The notes below the pieces were generated by a model, which saw nothing but the letters and a program-made list of their open reading frames with translations, ran no database searches and was not told where the DNA came from. Shown here piece after piece: positions 29,487 to 42,097 of a DNA stretch of 64,000 nt. Origin of the DNA: a bacterium (GTDB taxonomy: Bacteria; Elusimicrobiota; Elusimicrobia; UBA1565; UBA9628); NCBI GenBank assembly GCA_021799485.1, contig JAJZAK010000003.1, positions 29,813 through 93,812 on the forward strand. Direction: 5' to 3'. How positions within the stretch are numbered: position 1 is the stretch's first letter; every line of letters begins with the position of its first letter. The position numbers and the translations under genes are program-made.

Positions 29487-29501
29487 AGAGGGGGGATTCA
29501 C

Positions 29502-30689
<1,188 letters not shown>

Positions 30690-30712
30690 GGAATCGGGGA
30701 GGACTATAGAAC

Positions 30713-31039
30713 ATGCCCGAGACGGCGCCCCAGCAGGCGCAGCGGATCCGCATCCGTCTGCGGTCCTATGACCATCGGATTCTTGACGCGAGCGTCGCCA
30801 AGATCGTGGGGACGGCCAAGCGCACCGGCGCGGCCGTCTCCGGGCCGATCCTCCTTCCGACTCACATCAAGAAATACACCGTTTTGCGCTCTCCGCACGT
30901 GGACAAGAAGTCCCGGGACCAATTCGAGATGAGGATCCATAAGCGTCTCATCGAGCTCAATAACACGACGCCGAAGACGGTCGACGAGCTCATGGAGCTC
31001 GACTTGCCCGCCGGCGTCGATGTGGAGATCAAGCTCTAA
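30713..31039 (+). CDS. rpsJ: 30S ribosomal protein S10
   Basis: [24 protein letters not shown]. Confidence 0.98.
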   Translation: MPETAPQQAQRIRIRLRSYDHRILDASVAKIVGTAKRTGAAVSGPILLPTHIKKYTVLRSPHVDKKSRDQFEMRIHKRLIELNNTTPKTVDELMELDLPAGVDVEIKL

Positions 31040-31842
31040 TGGCCGAAGAAACAGCCCAGGCTGCGTCCGCGGCCGCGCAACCGGCCTCGGCCCAGGCGCC
31101 GGAGACTTTCCGGGCGATTCTCGGCGAGAAAGTGGGCATGACCCAGATGTTTCACCCGAAGACCAAGGCGCTTTGCGGCGTCACCATCGTGAAAACATCG
31201 CCGTGCCGCGTTCTCCGGGTTAAGACGGCCGGGGGCCCGGACGGCTACGCCGCCGTGCAGCTTTCCTATGGGGCTTGCGACGCCTCCGATCTGGCCAAGC
31301 CGCAACGCGCTATTTTTGAGAAGGCGGGCATTCCTCCCGCGCGGATCATCCGCGAGGTCCGTGTGACGAAGATCGACGGCCTTGGGGCGGGCCAGATCGT
31401 CGCGGCGGAGAGGATTTTTAAGACGGGCGACTACGTGGACGTCTCGGGGCGCTCGAAAGGAAAGGGCTTCGCGGGCGTCATGAAGAGGCACGGTTTTCGA
31501 GGGCTTCCGGCTTCGCATGGAGCCTCCGACAAGCAGCGCTCGCCAGGCTCCCTGACGGCGCGGCGCTCTCTCGGACGGGTGTTGCCCGGGCAAAGGATGG
31601 CCGGCCATATGGGCGCCGTCGCCGTGACGTCGCCCAAGATCGAGGTCATCAAGGTCGAGCCGGAGCAAGGGCTCATCTATTTGGACGGTCCCGTTCCGGG
31701 GCCTGCCGGCAATTTGGTCGTGATCCGCGAGACGGTTAAGTCCCGTAAGTTCCGGCGCGAACCGCAGAAGCCCGCGGTGCGCAAGGACAAGATGGGCAAC
31801 ATCATCCAGCCGGCGAAGAAGCCGACGCCGCCCAAGAAATAA
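31039..31842 (+). CDS. rplC: 50S ribosomal protein L3
   Basis: KVGMTQ, SKGKGFAGVMKRHGF, MAGHMG. Confidence 0.98.
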   Translation: MAEETAQAASAAAQPASAQAPETFRAILGEKVGMTQMFHPKTKALCGVTIVKTSPCRVLRVKTAGGPDGYAAVQLSYGACDASDLAKPQRAIFEKAGIPPARIIREVRVTKIDGLGAGQIVAAERIFKTGDYVDVSGRSKGKGFAGVMKRHGFRGLPASHGASDKQRSPGSLTARRSLGRVLPGQRMAGHMGAVAVTSPKIEVIKVEPEQGLIYLDGPVPGPAGNLVVIRETVKSRKFRREPQKPAVRKDKMGNIIQPAKKPTPPKK

Positions 31843-31846
31843 AATC

Positions 31847-32470
31847 ATGGAAGCCAAGCTCCTCGACGTTCAGGGCCGGGAAGTGGGCACGTTGCCGTTG
31901 CGCGACGAGATTTTCGCCGCTCAGCCCTCGAAGGCCTTTCTGCATGAGTTCGTGACGGTCTTTCTGGCCAATCAGCGCCGCTACTCGGCCAACACCAAGA
32001 CCCGGGCCGAAGTCTCCGGCGGAGGCCACAAGCCCTGGAAACAGAAGCACACCGGCCGCGCGAGGGCGGGCTCCATCCGTTCGCCCCTGTGGCGGCATGG
32101 CGGGACGATTTTCGGACCGCACGCCAAGGAATTGAGGCTTGAATTTCCACGGCGCAAGGCCAAGAAGGCCCTGGCGCAGGCCTTGACGGCCCGTTTCCAG
32201 GAGGGAGGCGTGGTCTTTGTCGAGGCCCTGGGCCTCGCGGAGCCCAAGACGAAGATCCTGGCCGGCGCCCTCAAGAGCCTGGGGCTTTCCAGCCGAGGAA
32301 CCCTTCTCGTTCTGGACAAGCCGGACGCGGCCCTCGCCCGCGCCGGACGCAATCTGCCGGGACTTGAGATGGTCTGCGCGCGGGACCTGAACGCGTATTC
32401 GGTCCTGAGGAGCCGCAAGCTGTTGATGACCAAGCCGGCCTTGGAAAGCCTGGGGACTAGGTGGAATTGA
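31847..32470 (+). CDS. rplD: 50S ribosomal protein L4
   Basis: TKTRAEVSGGG.KPWKQKHTGRAR. Confidence 0.98.
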   Translation: MEAKLLDVQGREVGTLPLRDEIFAAQPSKAFLHEFVTVFLANQRRYSANTKTRAEVSGGGHKPWKQKHTGRARAGSIRSPLWRHGGTIFGPHAKELRLEFPRRKAKKALAQALTARFQEGGVVFVEALGLAEPKTKILAGALKSLGLSSRGTLLVLDKPDAALARAGRNLPGLEMVCARDLNAYSVLRSRKLLMTKPALESLGTRWN

Positions 32471-32471
32471 T

Positions 32472-32771
32472 ATGAGCGAACATGCGGTATTCGGGACGAT
32501 CGTCCGGCCGATTCTGACGGAAAGAAGCACGCTGTTGCGGGACAGCCGCAACCAATACTTCTTCGAGGTGCGTCCTCGCGCCGACAAGCGCGAGATCAAA
32601 AAGGCCGTCGAGGAGCTATTCAAGGTCCGGGTCGAGAATGTCCGGACGATGATCGTGCCGGGGAAGTTCCGCCGCCAGGGACGCTTCGGGGACTGGCGGT
32701 CGGACTGGAAAAAGGCGATCGTGACCGTCAAGGCTGGGCAGAAGATCGATTTCGGGGAGAAGGCGGCCTAA
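32472..32771 (+). CDS. rplW: 50S ribosomal protein L23
   Basis: [24 protein letters not shown]. Confidence 0.97.
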   Translation: MSEHAVFGTIVRPILTERSTLLRDSRNQYFFEVRPRADKREIKKAVEELFKVRVENVRTMIVPGKFRRQGRFGDWRSDWKKAIVTVKAGQKIDFGEKAA

Positions 32772-32776
32772 CTATC

Positions 32777-33619
32777 ATGGGAATCAAGAATTTTAAGCCG
32801 TACACGCCGTCCCGGCGCGGGATGAGCGGGCCGGATTTTTCGGAGTTGACGCGGTCGTACCCGGAAAAGAGCCTCGTGCGCCGTCTCCTCAAAAAAGGCG
32901 GGCGCAACAATACGGGGACGATCATGGTCCGGCACCAGGGCGGCGGGCATAAGCGCGCCTACCGCATCGTTGATTTCAAGCGGGACAAGTTCGGCGTTCC
33001 GGGAAAGGTCGTTTCGATCGAGTACGACCCGAACCGCTCCGCCCGAATCAGCCTCGTCCATTACGTCGACGGCGAGAAGCGGTACATCATTCACGCCGCG
33101 GGCTTGGCCGTGGGCGACGCCGTGATGAGCGGTCCCCGCGCGGAGATCCGGACGGGCAACGCTCTCCCCCTTAAGAACATACCCGAAGGCTCCTTTGTCC
33201 ATAATATCGAGATCACTCCCGGCCGCGGCGGGCAGCTTGTGCGAGCGGCCGGCGGCCAGGCGCAGCTCATGGCCAAAGAGGGCGGTTACGCGCAGATCAA
33301 GATGGGTTCCGGCGAGGTGCGCCTCGTCCCCGACCAATGCCTCGCGACGCTCGGGCAGGTCTCCAACGCCGAGCATAATACGATCACTCTGGGGAAGGCC
33401 GGACGCTCCAGGCATCTGGGGATTCGTCCGACCGTTCGCGGCGGCGCCATGAACGCCGTCGATCATCCGCTGGGAGGCGGCCGCGGCAAGTCCAAGGGCG
33501 GCAACCATCCGCGTTCGCCATGGAATCAGCCGTCCAAGGGCTATAAGACCCGGCGCAAGCGCAAGATTTGGGGATGGCGCATCGTCGCCGACCGGCGGCG
33601 CGCCACGGCGGTGTCATGA
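32777..33619 (+). CDS. rplB: 50S ribosomal protein L2
   Basis: [29 protein letters not shown]. Confidence 0.99.
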   Translation: MGIKNFKPYTPSRRGMSGPDFSELTRSYPEKSLVRRLLKKGGRNNTGTIMVRHQGGGHKRAYRIVDFKRDKFGVPGKVVSIEYDPNRSARISLVHYVDGEKRYIIHAAGLAVGDAVMSGPRAEIRTGNALPLKNIPEGSFVHNIEITPGRGGQLVRAAGGQAQLMAKEGGYAQIKMGSGEVRLVPDQCLATLGQVSNAEHNTITLGKAGRSRHLGIRPTVRGGAMNAVDHPLGGGRGKSKGGNHPRSPWNQPSKGYKTRRKRKIWGWRIVADRRRATAVS

Positions 33620-33900
33620 GCCGATCGACCGCCAAGGGGCCGTACATCGACGCGAAGCTGCTCAAGAAGGTCCAGCGCATGAACCAAGCCAACGAGAAAC
33701 GCTCCATCAAGACGTGGGCGCGGGACTGCACGATCATCCCGGAATTCGTGGGGCATACCTTCGCGGTTCACAATGGGCGCAAATTCCTGCCGGTGTATGT
33801 GACCGAGCAGATGGTGGGGCACAAGCTGGGGGAGTTCTCCTTCACGCGTTTTTTCAGATCTCACGGCGGCGTCCATAGAGAATCCAAGGAGCTAACGTAA
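33616..33900 (+). CDS. rpsS: 30S ribosomal protein S19
   Basis: [22 protein letters not shown]. Confidence 0.98.
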   Translation: MSRSTAKGPYIDAKLLKKVQRMNQANEKRSIKTWARDCTIIPEFVGHTFAVHNGRKFLPVYVTEQMVGHKLGEFSFTRFFRSHGGVHRESKELT

Positions 33901-34262
33901 TGGAAGCCACGGCGCACGCTCGATTTCAGCGATACGGGACCAGGAAGGTTTCCCAGGTGCTCGCCCAGATCCGGGGGCGTCGCGTCCTCGAGGCGGAGGA
34001 GATGCTGCCCTCCTTTCCGAGGGCCTGCGCCGGCATGGTGGCCAAGACCTTGAAGTCCGCGGCGTCCAACTTCGCGGTCAAGGCGTCTCGTTCCGGGCGC
34101 AAGCTCGAACCCGCGCGGCTTTTCGTCAAGTCTTGCTGGGCGGGCCAGGGGCCGATGCTGCAAATGAAGCGCACGATGCCGGCTCCGATGGGCCGGGCGA
34201 ATGTTTTTAAGCGCAAGGTCTGCCACGTGACGATCGTCGTGGCGGACGGCGCGGAGGGCTAA
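33900..34262 (+). CDS. rplV: 50S ribosomal protein L22
   Basis: Position after rpsS; [24 protein letters not shown]. Confidence 0.93.
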   Translation: MEATAHARFQRYGTRKVSQVLAQIRGRRVLEAEEMLPSFPRACAGMVAKTLKSAASNFAVKASRSGRKLEPARLFVKSCWAGQGPMLQMKRTMPAPMGRANVFKRKVCHVTIVVADGAEG

Positions 34263-34263
34263 G

Positions 34264-35079
34264 ATGGGACAGAAAGTTCATCCTCGGTCGGTCCGTCTCG
34301 GCTATATCGCGGATTGGGAGTCCCGTTGGTTCTCTCCGCGCGAGATGCCGGAGCTTATCGGCGAGGACTTTAAAATCCGCGGGCTCATCCGCGACACGTT
34401 CCGGCAAGGCGCCATCAGTTGGGTCGGGATCGACAGGGCCGGCTCCTACCTCCGGGTGAATATCCACACGGCGCGTCCCGGCGTGGTCATCGGCAAGAAG
34501 GGCGTCGACATCGAGTCCATCAAGGACCGCATCGAGCGCCTGACCTCCCGCAAAACCTTCATCAATGTCGTGGAAATCAAGGAGCCCGAGCTGGACCCGA
34601 GGCTCGTGGCCCAAGCCGTCGCTTCCCAGATCGAGAAGCGCATCGCCTACCGACGCGCGATGCGGCGTGCCATGGAAAGGACGCTTGAAGCGGGGGCGCT
34701 GGGAGTCAAGATCCGAGTGGGCGGCCGCTTGAACGGCTCCGAGATCGCGCGCGTGGAGTGGATGCGCGAGGGCCGAGTTCCGCTGCATACCTACAGCGCG
34801 GAAGTCGACTACGGAACCGCCGAGGCGCGGACGACCGCGGGCCTCATCGGCGTCAAGGTTTGGATTTTTAGAAAACAGCATTTTGTGAAGCTCCCCAAGG
34901 AGCTCTTGGCGCAGGCCAAGGAGCAAAAAGAGAGCGAGGGAGCCGAGGGGGCATCGGCGCCGGCGCCGGCCGGAGAGCCGCTCGCCGCGGCGGACCAGGA
35001 TGCCGAGGCTCCGGGCGGGAGTATCCCCGCCGAACCCGCGATCGACGGCATGGCGGAGGGCGACGATGTTAATGCCTAA
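34264..35079 (+). CDS. rpsC: 30S ribosomal protein S3
   Basis: [24 protein letters not shown]. Confidence 0.98.
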   Translation: MGQKVHPRSVRLGYIADWESRWFSPREMPELIGEDFKIRGLIRDTFRQGAISWVGIDRAGSYLRVNIHTARPGVVIGKKGVDIESIKDRIERLTSRKTFINVVEIKEPELDPRLVAQAVASQIEKRIAYRRAMRRAMERTLEAGALGVKIRVGGRLNGSEIARVEWMREGRVPLHTYSAEVDYGTAEARTTAGLIGVKVWIFRKQHFVKLPKELLAQAKEQKESEGAEGASAPAPAGEPLAAADQDAEAPGGSIPAEPAIDGMAEGDDVNA

Positions 35080-35482
35080 GAGGGTCAAATACAGAAAACC
35101 GCATTCGCAGCCCCGCATCAAGGGAATGGCGAAGAAAGGCGCGACCATCGCTTTCGGCGAATTCGCCCTCAAGGCCTTGGAGCCGAAATGGGTGACGGCG
35201 AGGCAGATCGAGGCCTGCCGCGTCACCATCGGCCGCCATCTTAAGAAGGGAGGCAAACTCTGGATCCGCATTTTTCCGGACAAGGCCGTGACCAAGCATC
35301 CGGCCGAGACGCGCATGGGGAAAGGCAAGGGCGCTCCGGATCACTGGGTGTGCGTGGTGAAGCCGGGGAGGATTCTTTTTGAAATCGGCGGGGTGGGGGG
35401 CGATGTCGCTCGGGGGGCTTTTGTCAACGCTTCCTACAAGCTTCCTATCAAAACCCAGATCGTGGCCCGGGAGGAATTTTAA
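35066..35482 (+). CDS. rplP: 50S ribosomal protein L16
   Basis: [25 protein letters not shown]. Confidence 0.98.
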   Translation: MLMPKRVKYRKPHSQPRIKGMAKKGATIAFGEFALKALEPKWVTARQIEACRVTIGRHLKKGGKLWIRIFPDKAVTKHPAETRMGKGKGAPDHWVCVVKPGRILFEIGGVGGDVARGAFVNASYKLPIKTQIVAREEF

Positions 35483-35700
35483 TGAAAGCCGCTGACCGCG
35501 ACGCGAAAAAGGCTCTTTCCCCGGCGGAGCTCCTCTCGGAGCTGCGCCAGACGCAGCAGAAACGATTCGAGCTGGGACTGAAGCGCTCCACCGGTTCCAT
35601 TCAGGACCCGCTTGAGCTGCGACGCCTCCGGCGCCACGCGGCTCGGCTGCGCACGTGGCTGAGGCAGAAGGAACTCGGCGGGAAGGGAGGCGCCCGATGA
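35482..35700 (+). CDS. rpmC: 50S ribosomal protein L29
   Basis: Position and size; [10 protein letters not shown]. Confidence 0.9.
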   Translation: MKAADRDAKKALSPAELLSELRQTQQKRFELGLKRSTGSIQDPLELRRLRRHAARLRTWLRQKELGGKGGAR

Positions 35701-36020
35701 CGCCGGCTCAAGACGCAGCCCAGCGGGAAACGCAGCGCAAGGTCCTTTCCGGAGTCGTTGTGTCCGACAAGATGGACAAGACGCGCATCGTGCTCGTCGA
35801 AAGGACGGTGCGGCATCCCCTTTACGAAAAGACCATCGGCAAGCGCAAGAAATTCAGCGTGCACGACGAAAAAAACGAGTCCGTCGCCGGCGATTGGGTC
35901 GAGATCATGAGCACGAGGCCCATGTCGAGGACGAAGCGATGGCGGCTTCTGCGCATCGTGAGACAGTCGCCGGAGCGTTCGGCGGCGGCCCGGACGGCGA
36001 AGGAGAAGGTTTCCGCATGA
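35697..36020 (+). CDS. rpsQ: 30S ribosomal protein S17
   Basis: [27 protein letters not shown]. Confidence 0.97.
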   Translation: MTPAQDAAQRETQRKVLSGVVVSDKMDKTRIVLVERTVRHPLYEKTIGKRKKFSVHDEKNESVAGDWVEIMSTRPMSRTKRWRLLRIVRQSPERSAAARTAKEKVSA

Positions 36021-36385
36021 TCCAGCTTCGATCCATCATCAACGTCGCGGACAATTCCGGAGCCCGAAAACTCCAGTGCTTCCATGTGTCGGGCGGCAGC
36101 TATCGCCGCTATGCCACGGTGGGGGACGTCATCGTCTGCAGCGTTCGCGACGCCCTGCCCCAGGGCGCTATCAAGAAAGGGGAGGTGGTCAAGGCCGTCG
36201 TCGTGCGCACGGTTCGCCAAGTGCGGCGCGCGGACGGCTCCTACATTTCCTTCGACGACAACGCGGCGTGCCTCATCGACGACAAGGGAGAGCCCCGCGG
36301 CACCCGCGTTTTCGGGCCTGTCGCCCGGGAGCTGCGCGAGAAGGACTATCTTAAAATCATTTCCTTGGCGCCCGAGGTGCTTTGA
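36017..36385 (+). CDS. rplN: 50S ribosomal protein L14
   Basis: [35 protein letters not shown]. Confidence 0.99.
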   Translation: MIQLRSIINVADNSGARKLQCFHVSGGSYRRYATVGDVIVCSVRDALPQGAIKKGEVVKAVVVRTVRQVRRADGSYISFDDNAACLIDDKGEPRGTRVFGPVARELREKDYLKIISLAPEVL

Positions 36386-36708
36386 TGGCCGCGACGAAGC
36401 TTAAAATCAGGAAGAAAGACAACGTGATGGTGATGTCCGGGAGGGATAAGGGGAAGACCGGAGAGATCTTGAAGGTGATTCCCGCCGACATGCGCGTCGT
36501 CGTCGCGAAGGTCAATATGATCGCCAAGCACCGCAAGCCCCGCGGCTCGGAACCAGGCGGCATCCAGCATATGGAGGCCCCCATCGCGGCCTCGAAAGTG
36601 ATGCTTATGTGCCCCAAATGCGAGAAGCCGGCCCGGATTCGCCTGGAGCGCCTTCCCGATGGAAAGCTCTCGCGCGCCTGCCGGCGCTGCGGGGAGGTGA
36701 TTCTTTGA
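36385..36708 (+). CDS. rplX: 50S ribosomal protein L24
   Basis: [12 protein letters not shown] motif, EAPI; CxxC..CxxC tail. Confidence 0.97.
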   Translation: MAATKLKIRKKDNVMVMSGRDKGKTGEILKVIPADMRVVVAKVNMIAKHRKPRGSEPGGIQHMEAPIAASKVMLMCPKCEKPARIRLERLPDGKLSRACRRCGEVIL

Positions 36709-37445
36709 TGGCCGACGATAAAAAGCCGGTCAAGGCCCCCGGAACCATGGGGAAGAAGGCAGGAGGCGCGGCCCCCGCCAAAAGCGGCCCGGCGTTCGCC
36801 CTTTCCGACGGCCGGGGCGCGCCGCACTCCGCGCCGCGACTCAAGACTTATTATGTCGAGAAGGTCGTTCCCGCCCTCATGAAGGGGCGCGGCCTGGCCA
36901 ATCCCCTCCAAGTGCCCAGGCTCCGCAAGATCGTGATCAACATCGGCGTTTCGGAGGGCAAGGAGAACATCCAGATGCTGGAGGCGGCGCGAGAGGAGAT
37001 GGCCCTCATCACGGGGCAGTGGCCGCAACTGCGCCGGGCCAAGAAATCCATTTCCAACTTCAAGTTGCGCGAGGGCATGCCGATCGGGCTGCGTGTGACG
37101 CTCCGAGGCGATCGGATGTATGAGTTCCTCGATCGCTTCGTCTCGACCGCCGTCCCGCGGATGAGAGATTTTCGCGGGCTCGACCCCGACGGCTTTGATG
37201 GACGCGGCAATTACAACATCGGCCTTCGCGAGCAGATGATTTTCCCCGAGATCGACGCCGAAAAAGTGGTGAAGCAGCGCGGGATGAATATCTCGATTGT
37301 GACGAGCGCCGGCCAGGACGATATGGGCCGGGCTCTTTTGGAGGCCATGGGATTCCCCTTTCGCCGCCTGCCTTCCGGCAGACAAGCGGGGCCGAGCAAA
37401 GACTCGGCGGTCGCGACTGCGGCGACCGCCGGGGTGGAGGGTTGA
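36708..37445 (+). CDS. rplE: 50S ribosomal protein L5 with terminal extensions
   Basis: [28 protein letters not shown]. Confidence 0.98.
   Translation: MADDKKPVKAPGTMGKKAGGAAPAKSGPAFALSDGRGAPHSAPRLKTYYVEKVVPALMKGRGLANPLQVPRLRKIVINIGVSEGKENIQMLEAAREEMALITGQWPQLRRAKKSISNFKLREGMPIGLRVTLRGDRMYEFLDRFVSTAVPRMRDFRGLDPDGFDGRGNYNIGLREQMIFPEIDAEKVVKQRGMNISIVTSAGQDDMGRALLEAMGFPFRRLPSGRQAGPSKDSAVATAATAGVEG
37367..37388 (+). repeat. Short palindromic repeat copy 1, in rplE 3' extension
   Basis: CCTGCCTTCCGGCAGACAAGCG, 20/22 identical to the copy at 55618. Confidence 0.65.
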
Positions 37446-37448
37446 TCG

Positions 37449-37634
37449 ATGGCAACGACGGCATGGATGGCGAAACTTAGACGCCCGCCGAAATTCTCGA
37501 CGCGCTATAGAAATCGCTGCCAGATCTGCGGACGGCCGAGGGCGTTCTATCGCGATTTCGGTCTTTGTCGAATTTGTTTTAGGAACATGGCCCAGAACGG
37601 GCATATTCCGGGCGTCAGGAAGTCTTCCTGGTAG
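37449..37634 (+). CDS. rpsZ: 30S ribosomal protein S14, zinc type
   Basis: 61 aa, RCQICGR..CRICFR, KSSW. Confidence 0.97.
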   Translation: MATTAWMAKLRRPPKFSTRYRNRCQICGRPRAFYRDFGLCRICFRNMAQNGHIPGVRKSSW

Positions 37635-37648
37635 AGAAAAGGAGAACG

Positions 37649-38041
37649 ATGGATACGATAGCCGATCTTTTGACGCGCATCCGCAACGCGAGCGGGAGGG
37701 CGCACGACCGCGTGGATGTGCCGCTCTCGAAAATGAAGCTCGAAATCATCAGGATCCTCAAGCAAGAGGGCTTCATCGCCAATTTCAAGTCGCTTTACGA
37801 CGCCGCCAAGCGCGGCACGATCCGGGTTTTTCTGAAATACTCCCCCGAGAAGGAGCCCGTGATCCGCGGGATCGAGCGAGTCTCGAAGCCCGGCATGAGG
37901 GTTTACCGCTCCTACGACGACATTCCCCGCGCGCGGCAGGGATACGTCGTGACGGTTCTCTCCACCTCCAAGGGCCTCCTTACGGGAGCGCAGGCCAAGG
38001 AGAAAAAGGTCGGCGGCGAAGTGCTTTTCAGGGTTTGGTGA
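37649..38041 (+). CDS. rpsH: 30S ribosomal protein S8
   Basis: IADLLTRIRNA, SKPGMRVY, STSKG, GGEV. Confidence 0.98.
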   Translation: MDTIADLLTRIRNASGRAHDRVDVPLSKMKLEIIRILKQEGFIANFKSLYDAAKRGTIRVFLKYSPEKEPVIRGIERVSKPGMRVYRSYDDIPRARQGYVVTVLSTSKGLLTGAQAKEKKVGGEVLFRVW

Positions 38042-38046
38042 TCGTT

Positions 38047-38634
38047 GTGTCACGCGTCGGCCGCATGCCCATCGCCGTGCCCTCCGGGGTTGAGTTGCGC
38101 CTTCAGCCGGCGCTCATTTCCGCCAAGGGGCCCAAGGGCGCCCTCGAGGAGCGCCTTCCGTCCTTCATTCAGGCCGCCCTCAAGGACGGACAGCTCCTCC
38201 TCACCGCCGATCTCGCCGCCTCGCGCAAGGCCAAGGCGCTTTACGGCACCGTCCGTGCCCGGCTCAACAACATGGTCCAGGGCGTCGCGCGCGGTTTTTC
38301 GAAGGGCCTCGAGATCGTCGGTCTGGGCTACCGCGCGGAAGTCGCGGGGCAGAAGCTGACGCTGAGCCTGGGCCACTCCCATCCCGTCGTTTTCGAGGTG
38401 CCTGCCGGCGTCGCCGTGGCCGTGGACGCGAAAAAGACGCTGATCACGCTTTCGGGGGCGTCGAAGGAGCTTGTGGGCCAGACGGCGGCGAAGCTCCGCG
38501 CCCTCAAGAAGCCCGAACCATACAAGGGAACCGGCATCCGCTATCAAGGCGAGCATGTCCGCAAGAAGGCCGGCAAGGCCGCCGCGGGCGCCGCGGGCGC
38601 CGCGGGAGGCGGCGCTGGAGGAGCGAAGAAATGA
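38047..38634 (+). CDS. rplF: 50S ribosomal protein L6
   Basis: [24 protein letters not shown]; GTG start. Confidence 0.97.
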   Translation: MSRVGRMPIAVPSGVELRLQPALISAKGPKGALEERLPSFIQAALKDGQLLLTADLAASRKAKALYGTVRARLNNMVQGVARGFSKGLEIVGLGYRAEVAGQKLTLSLGHSHPVVFEVPAGVAVAVDAKKTLITLSGASKELVGQTAAKLRALKKPEPYKGTGIRYQGEHVRKKAGKAAAGAAGAAGGGAGGAKK

Positions 38635-38653
38635 TCTTGGGGGAACGGGCCAT

Positions 38654-39007
38654 ATGAAAGATAAGCATCAGCGGGCGTCGTACCGTCGGGGACGCGTTCG
38701 GCGCCAATTAGCCGCGCGGACCAACGGAAGGCCGCGGCTCAGCGTTTTTAGGAGCCTGCGGCATCTCTATGCCCAGGTGATCGACGATTCGACGGGACGG
38801 ACTCTGGCCAGCGCTTCGTCGTTGGCGGAGGGCGGCAAGACCGGCGGCAAGAACGTCGCTTCCGCCAAAAAGGTGGGGGAATTGATCGCCAAGAAGGCCG
38901 TCGGCGCCGGAGTCAAGGCGGTGGTATTCGATCGCGGCGCCCAGCGCTACCACGGGCGCATCAAGGCCTTGGCCGAGGCCGCCCGCGCTGGCGGGCTGGA
39001 GTTTTGA
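38654..39007 (+). CDS. rplR: 50S ribosomal protein L18
   Basis: [28 protein letters not shown]. Confidence 0.98.
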   Translation: MKDKHQRASYRRGRVRRQLAARTNGRPRLSVFRSLRHLYAQVIDDSTGRTLASASSLAEGGKTGGKNVASAKKVGELIAKKAVGAGVKAVVFDRGAQRYHGRIKALAEAARAGGLEF

Positions 39008-39008
39008 C

Positions 39009-39593
39009 ATGGCCCAGCCGATGACGAGCCAAACGCCTCAGGCCGCGCCCGCCGCGCCCCATTCGGGAGGACGTCCCATGGGTCCCGGACGAGGATTCTC
39101 GAGGGGTTTCGGGGGGGGCCGAGACACGGGGCCCGGAGACGGATTCCGGGAAACCGTCGTCGCGATCAACCGTGTCGCCAAGGTCGTCAAGGGAGGAAAA
39201 AGATTTTCCTTCGCGGCGCTGGTGGTGGTCGGCGACGGCGCCGGCAAGGTCGGGTGGGGGCTGGGCAAGGCCCGCGACGTCCAGTCGTCCATCCGCAAGG
39301 GCCACGCCTCCGCCGTTAAAAATTTAATCCACTTCCCCGTCCAGAAGGGGACCATTCCGCACGAGGCGATAGCGAAGTTCCGCTCGACGAAGGTGTGGAT
39401 GAAGCCGGCGGCCCCCGGAACGGGGGTCATCGCCGGGGGGGGCGTCCGCGCCATTCTCGAGGCGGGCGGGATCAAGGACATCCTTTCCAAGGTCTTGGGG
39501 AGCTCAAACTCTTATAATGTGATCGGAGCCACGATGGAATGCTTGAAGACGCTTAGGACGCGCGAGGATATCAAGAGGCTGCGCGGGCGATGA
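39009..39593 (+). CDS. rpsE: 30S ribosomal protein S5
   Basis: [23 protein letters not shown]. Confidence 0.98.
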   Translation: MAQPMTSQTPQAAPAAPHSGGRPMGPGRGFSRGFGGGRDTGPGDGFRETVVAINRVAKVVKGGKRFSFAALVVVGDGAGKVGWGLGKARDVQSSIRKGHASAVKNLIHFPVQKGTIPHEAIAKFRSTKVWMKPAAPGTGVIAGGGVRAILEAGGIKDILSKVLGSSNSYNVIGATMECLKTLRTREDIKRLRGR

Positions 39594-40054
39594 CGACGCT
39601 AGCATCGCTCACGCCGGCCCCGGGAGCCAGGCGCCGCAAAAGAAGGCTCGGCCTCGGGGAAGGATCGGGCCATGGCCAAACCTCGACGCGCGGCCAGAAG
39701 GGCCAGCGCTCCCGTTCCGGCGACGGCAAGCTCGTGGGATTTGAGGGCGGTCAGACCCCGATCTTGAGAAGGGTCCCGAAGCGCGGCTTTTCAAACGCCG
39801 CTTTCCGTAAGGAGTACCAGACGGTCTCCCTCGCCGCGGTGTCCCGCGTTTTCGAGAGCCAGCGAGAGGTGACCATCGACGCCCTGCGCATCCATGGCCT
39901 CGCCAAGGGGCCCAGGCCCGTCAAGATTCTGGGTCCCGGGCGGCTTGCCAAGGCCTACAAGATTTTCGCCCACGCCTTCTCCGCGAGCGCTGCGGATGCC
40001 ATCAAGAAGGCCGGCGGAGAGCCCGTCGTGGTCGGGACCGCCGCCGCCTCGTGA
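39590..40054 (+). CDS. rplO: 50S ribosomal protein L15
   Basis: [24 protein letters not shown]. Confidence 0.97.
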   Translation: MTTLASLTPAPGARRRKRRLGLGEGSGHGQTSTRGQKGQRSRSGDGKLVGFEGGQTPILRRVPKRGFSNAAFRKEYQTVSLAAVSRVFESQREVTIDALRIHGLAKGPRPVKILGPGRLAKAYKIFAHAFSASAADAIKKAGGEPVVVGTAAAS

Positions 40055-41391
40055 TCCAGAAGTTCGGCGACATACTCGAATCCGCCGACCTGCGGAGGAA
40101 GATTCTTTTCACTCTCGGCTCCTTGGCGATCTTCCGTCTGGGGGCCGCGATCCCGATCCCAGGGATCAATGGGGAAGCCTTGAGAGCGCTGTTCGAGGCC
40201 CAGCGCAATGGGTTCCTGGGGTTTCTCAACATCTTCTCGGGAGGCGCGCTTGGCCGTTTCTCCATCTTCTCCCTCGGCGTGATGCCTTACATCAACGCCT
40301 CGATCATCATCAGCCTGATCCAGGGCGCGCACATGATCCCCTATTTCGACCGCCTGGCCAAGGAGGGCGAGCTCGGCCGCCGCAAGCTGAACTCCTGGAC
40401 CCGCTATTTGACCTTGGGTCTCGGCGCCATCCAGTCCGCGGGCCTTACGTGGTCGATCACGTCCATGCGCTCCGTCCCGGGTTCGCCGCCCATCGTGCCT
40501 CATCCCACGGCGAGTTTTTACGCGATGACGACGCTGACGCTGACGACCGGGACGCTTTTCGTGATGTGGCTTGGCGAGCAGATGACGGAGTACGGCATCG
40601 GAAACGGAGTCTCCCTGATCATTTTCGCGGGGATTGTCCAAAGGCTCCCGAGCGCCATCATGGGGATGATCGCCCTTGTTCATGCCGAGGAAATCGGCAT
40701 CATCAAGGCGCTTCTCATCGCGGCGGGAATCCTTTTCGTGACGCTCCTTGTCGTGTGGCTGGAGACCGCCCAACGCAAGATTCCGGTCCAATACGCCAAG
40801 CGGGTCGTGGGACGGAGGCTCTATGGCGGGGCGCAAAGCTACCTGCCGCTCAAGGTCGACCAGTCGGGAGTGATCGCGGTCATCTTCGCGATCTCGTTGT
40901 TGACCGTCCCCGTCACGGTGGCGAATTTCTTCCCGCAATCGTCCTGGGCTCAAAAGCTCAATCAGTATTTCAGCCTGGGCGGCTGGATCTACCAAGCCGT
41001 CTATGCGGCCCTTATCATCTTCTTTTGCTATTTCTACAACTCCGTCTCCATCAATCCCGACGACCTAGCCGATAACATGAAGAAATCGGGAGGGTTCATC
41101 CCGGGCTACCGGCCTGGCGAGGCGACCGCCAAGTACATTGAATGGGTGCTGGAGCGCATCACGCTTGGAGGCGCTCTCTTCGTGGCCGCGATCGCTGTCC
41201 TGCCGGACGTGATGCGCCGCCAGTTCAATGTTCCCTTCTTCTTCGGCGGCACGGCTCTCCTCATCGTGGTCGGCGTCGCCCTCGACACGATGGGCCAGCT
41301 CGAGGCCCAGCTTATCATGCGCCATTACGAAGGCTTCCTGAAGCGCGGCCGCATCCGCCAGCGCTGGTTCAACGTGGGCTCGGCGTCGTGA
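40051..41391 (+). CDS. secY: Preprotein translocase SecY
   Basis: LGVMPYINASII, GIGNGVSLIIF, FIPGYRPG, GGTALLIVV. Confidence 0.99.
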   Translation: MIQKFGDILESADLRRKILFTLGSLAIFRLGAAIPIPGINGEALRALFEAQRNGFLGFLNIFSGGALGRFSIFSLGVMPYINASIIISLIQGAHMIPYFDRLAKEGELGRRKLNSWTRYLTLGLGAIQSAGLTWSITSMRSVPGSPPIVPHPTASFYAMTTLTLTTGTLFVMWLGEQMTEYGIGNGVSLIIFAGIVQRLPSAIMGMIALVHAEEIGIIKALLIAAGILFVTLLVVWLETAQRKIPVQYAKRVVGRRLYGGAQSYLPLKVDQSGVIAVIFAISLLTVPVTVANFFPQSSWAQKLNQYFSLGGWIYQAVYAALIIFFCYFYNSVSINPDDLADNMKKSGGFIPGYRPGEATAKYIEWVLERITLGGALFVAAIAVLPDVMRRQFNVPFFFGGTALLIVVGVALDTMGQLEAQLIMRHYEGFLKRGRIRQRWFNVGSAS

Positions 41392-41416
41392 CGTTCTTCC
41401 TTGAGCCGGTGCGGGA

Positions 41417-42097
41417 ATGATCGCGGTCGTCCTGGGGGCGCCGGGCTCCGGCAAGGGAACGCAGTCCCGGCTTCTGAGCGAGAAGCACCATCTTTCCCAC
41501 GTCGCGACGGGGGACATCCTGCGCTCGGAGATCGCGATGGGGACGGCCCTGGGGCGCCAGGCCGACGGCTATGTCAAGAAGGGGCAGCTCGTTCCCGACG
41601 AGCTCGTCACCGCCATGCTCGCCTCCCGCATCGAGCGGGCCCCGAACGACGATTATTTTCTCGACGGTTTTCCCAGGAACTTGCGGCAAGCTGAGGAGCT
41701 CGACAAGCTTTTGAAGCGTTGGGACGGGCGCGTGGACACGGCGCTCTTTTTGAGCCTCCCCGCCGCCGAGGCCCTCAAAAGGCTCTCGGCGCGGCAGATC
41801 TGCGCGAAGTGCGGCGCCGTCTATAACGCCGTGACGAAGCCCGTGCGCAAGCCGGGCGTCTGCGATGCCTGCGGCGGCGACGTGGTTGCGCGGGGAGACG
41901 ACGCGAAGGAGACGGCGGTCCGCCGCATCGCGGTGTACGAAAAGGAAACGACTCCTCTTTTGGATCACTACCGGCGTCGTGGAATCCTGCGCGAAATCGA
42001 TGCCGCGGGCGATCCGATCCGAGTTTCCCGGGCGATGGAGGCCGCGCTGGCCGATTTCTGGGACCATCGCGATGGCGACGGGAGCGGCGGAACGTGA
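41417..42097 (+). CDS. adk: Adenylate kinase (zinc lid)
   Basis: GAPGSGKGT, DGFPR, CAKC..CDAC. Confidence 0.97.
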   Translation: MIAVVLGAPGSGKGTQSRLLSEKHHLSHVATGDILRSEIAMGTALGRQADGYVKKGQLVPDELVTAMLASRIERAPNDDYFLDGFPRNLRQAEELDKLLKRWDGRVDTALFLSLPAAEALKRLSARQICAKCGAVYNAVTKPVRKPGVCDACGGDVVARGDDAKETAVRRIAVYEKETTPLLDHYRRRGILREIDAAGDPIRVSRAMEAALADFWDHRDGDGSGGT

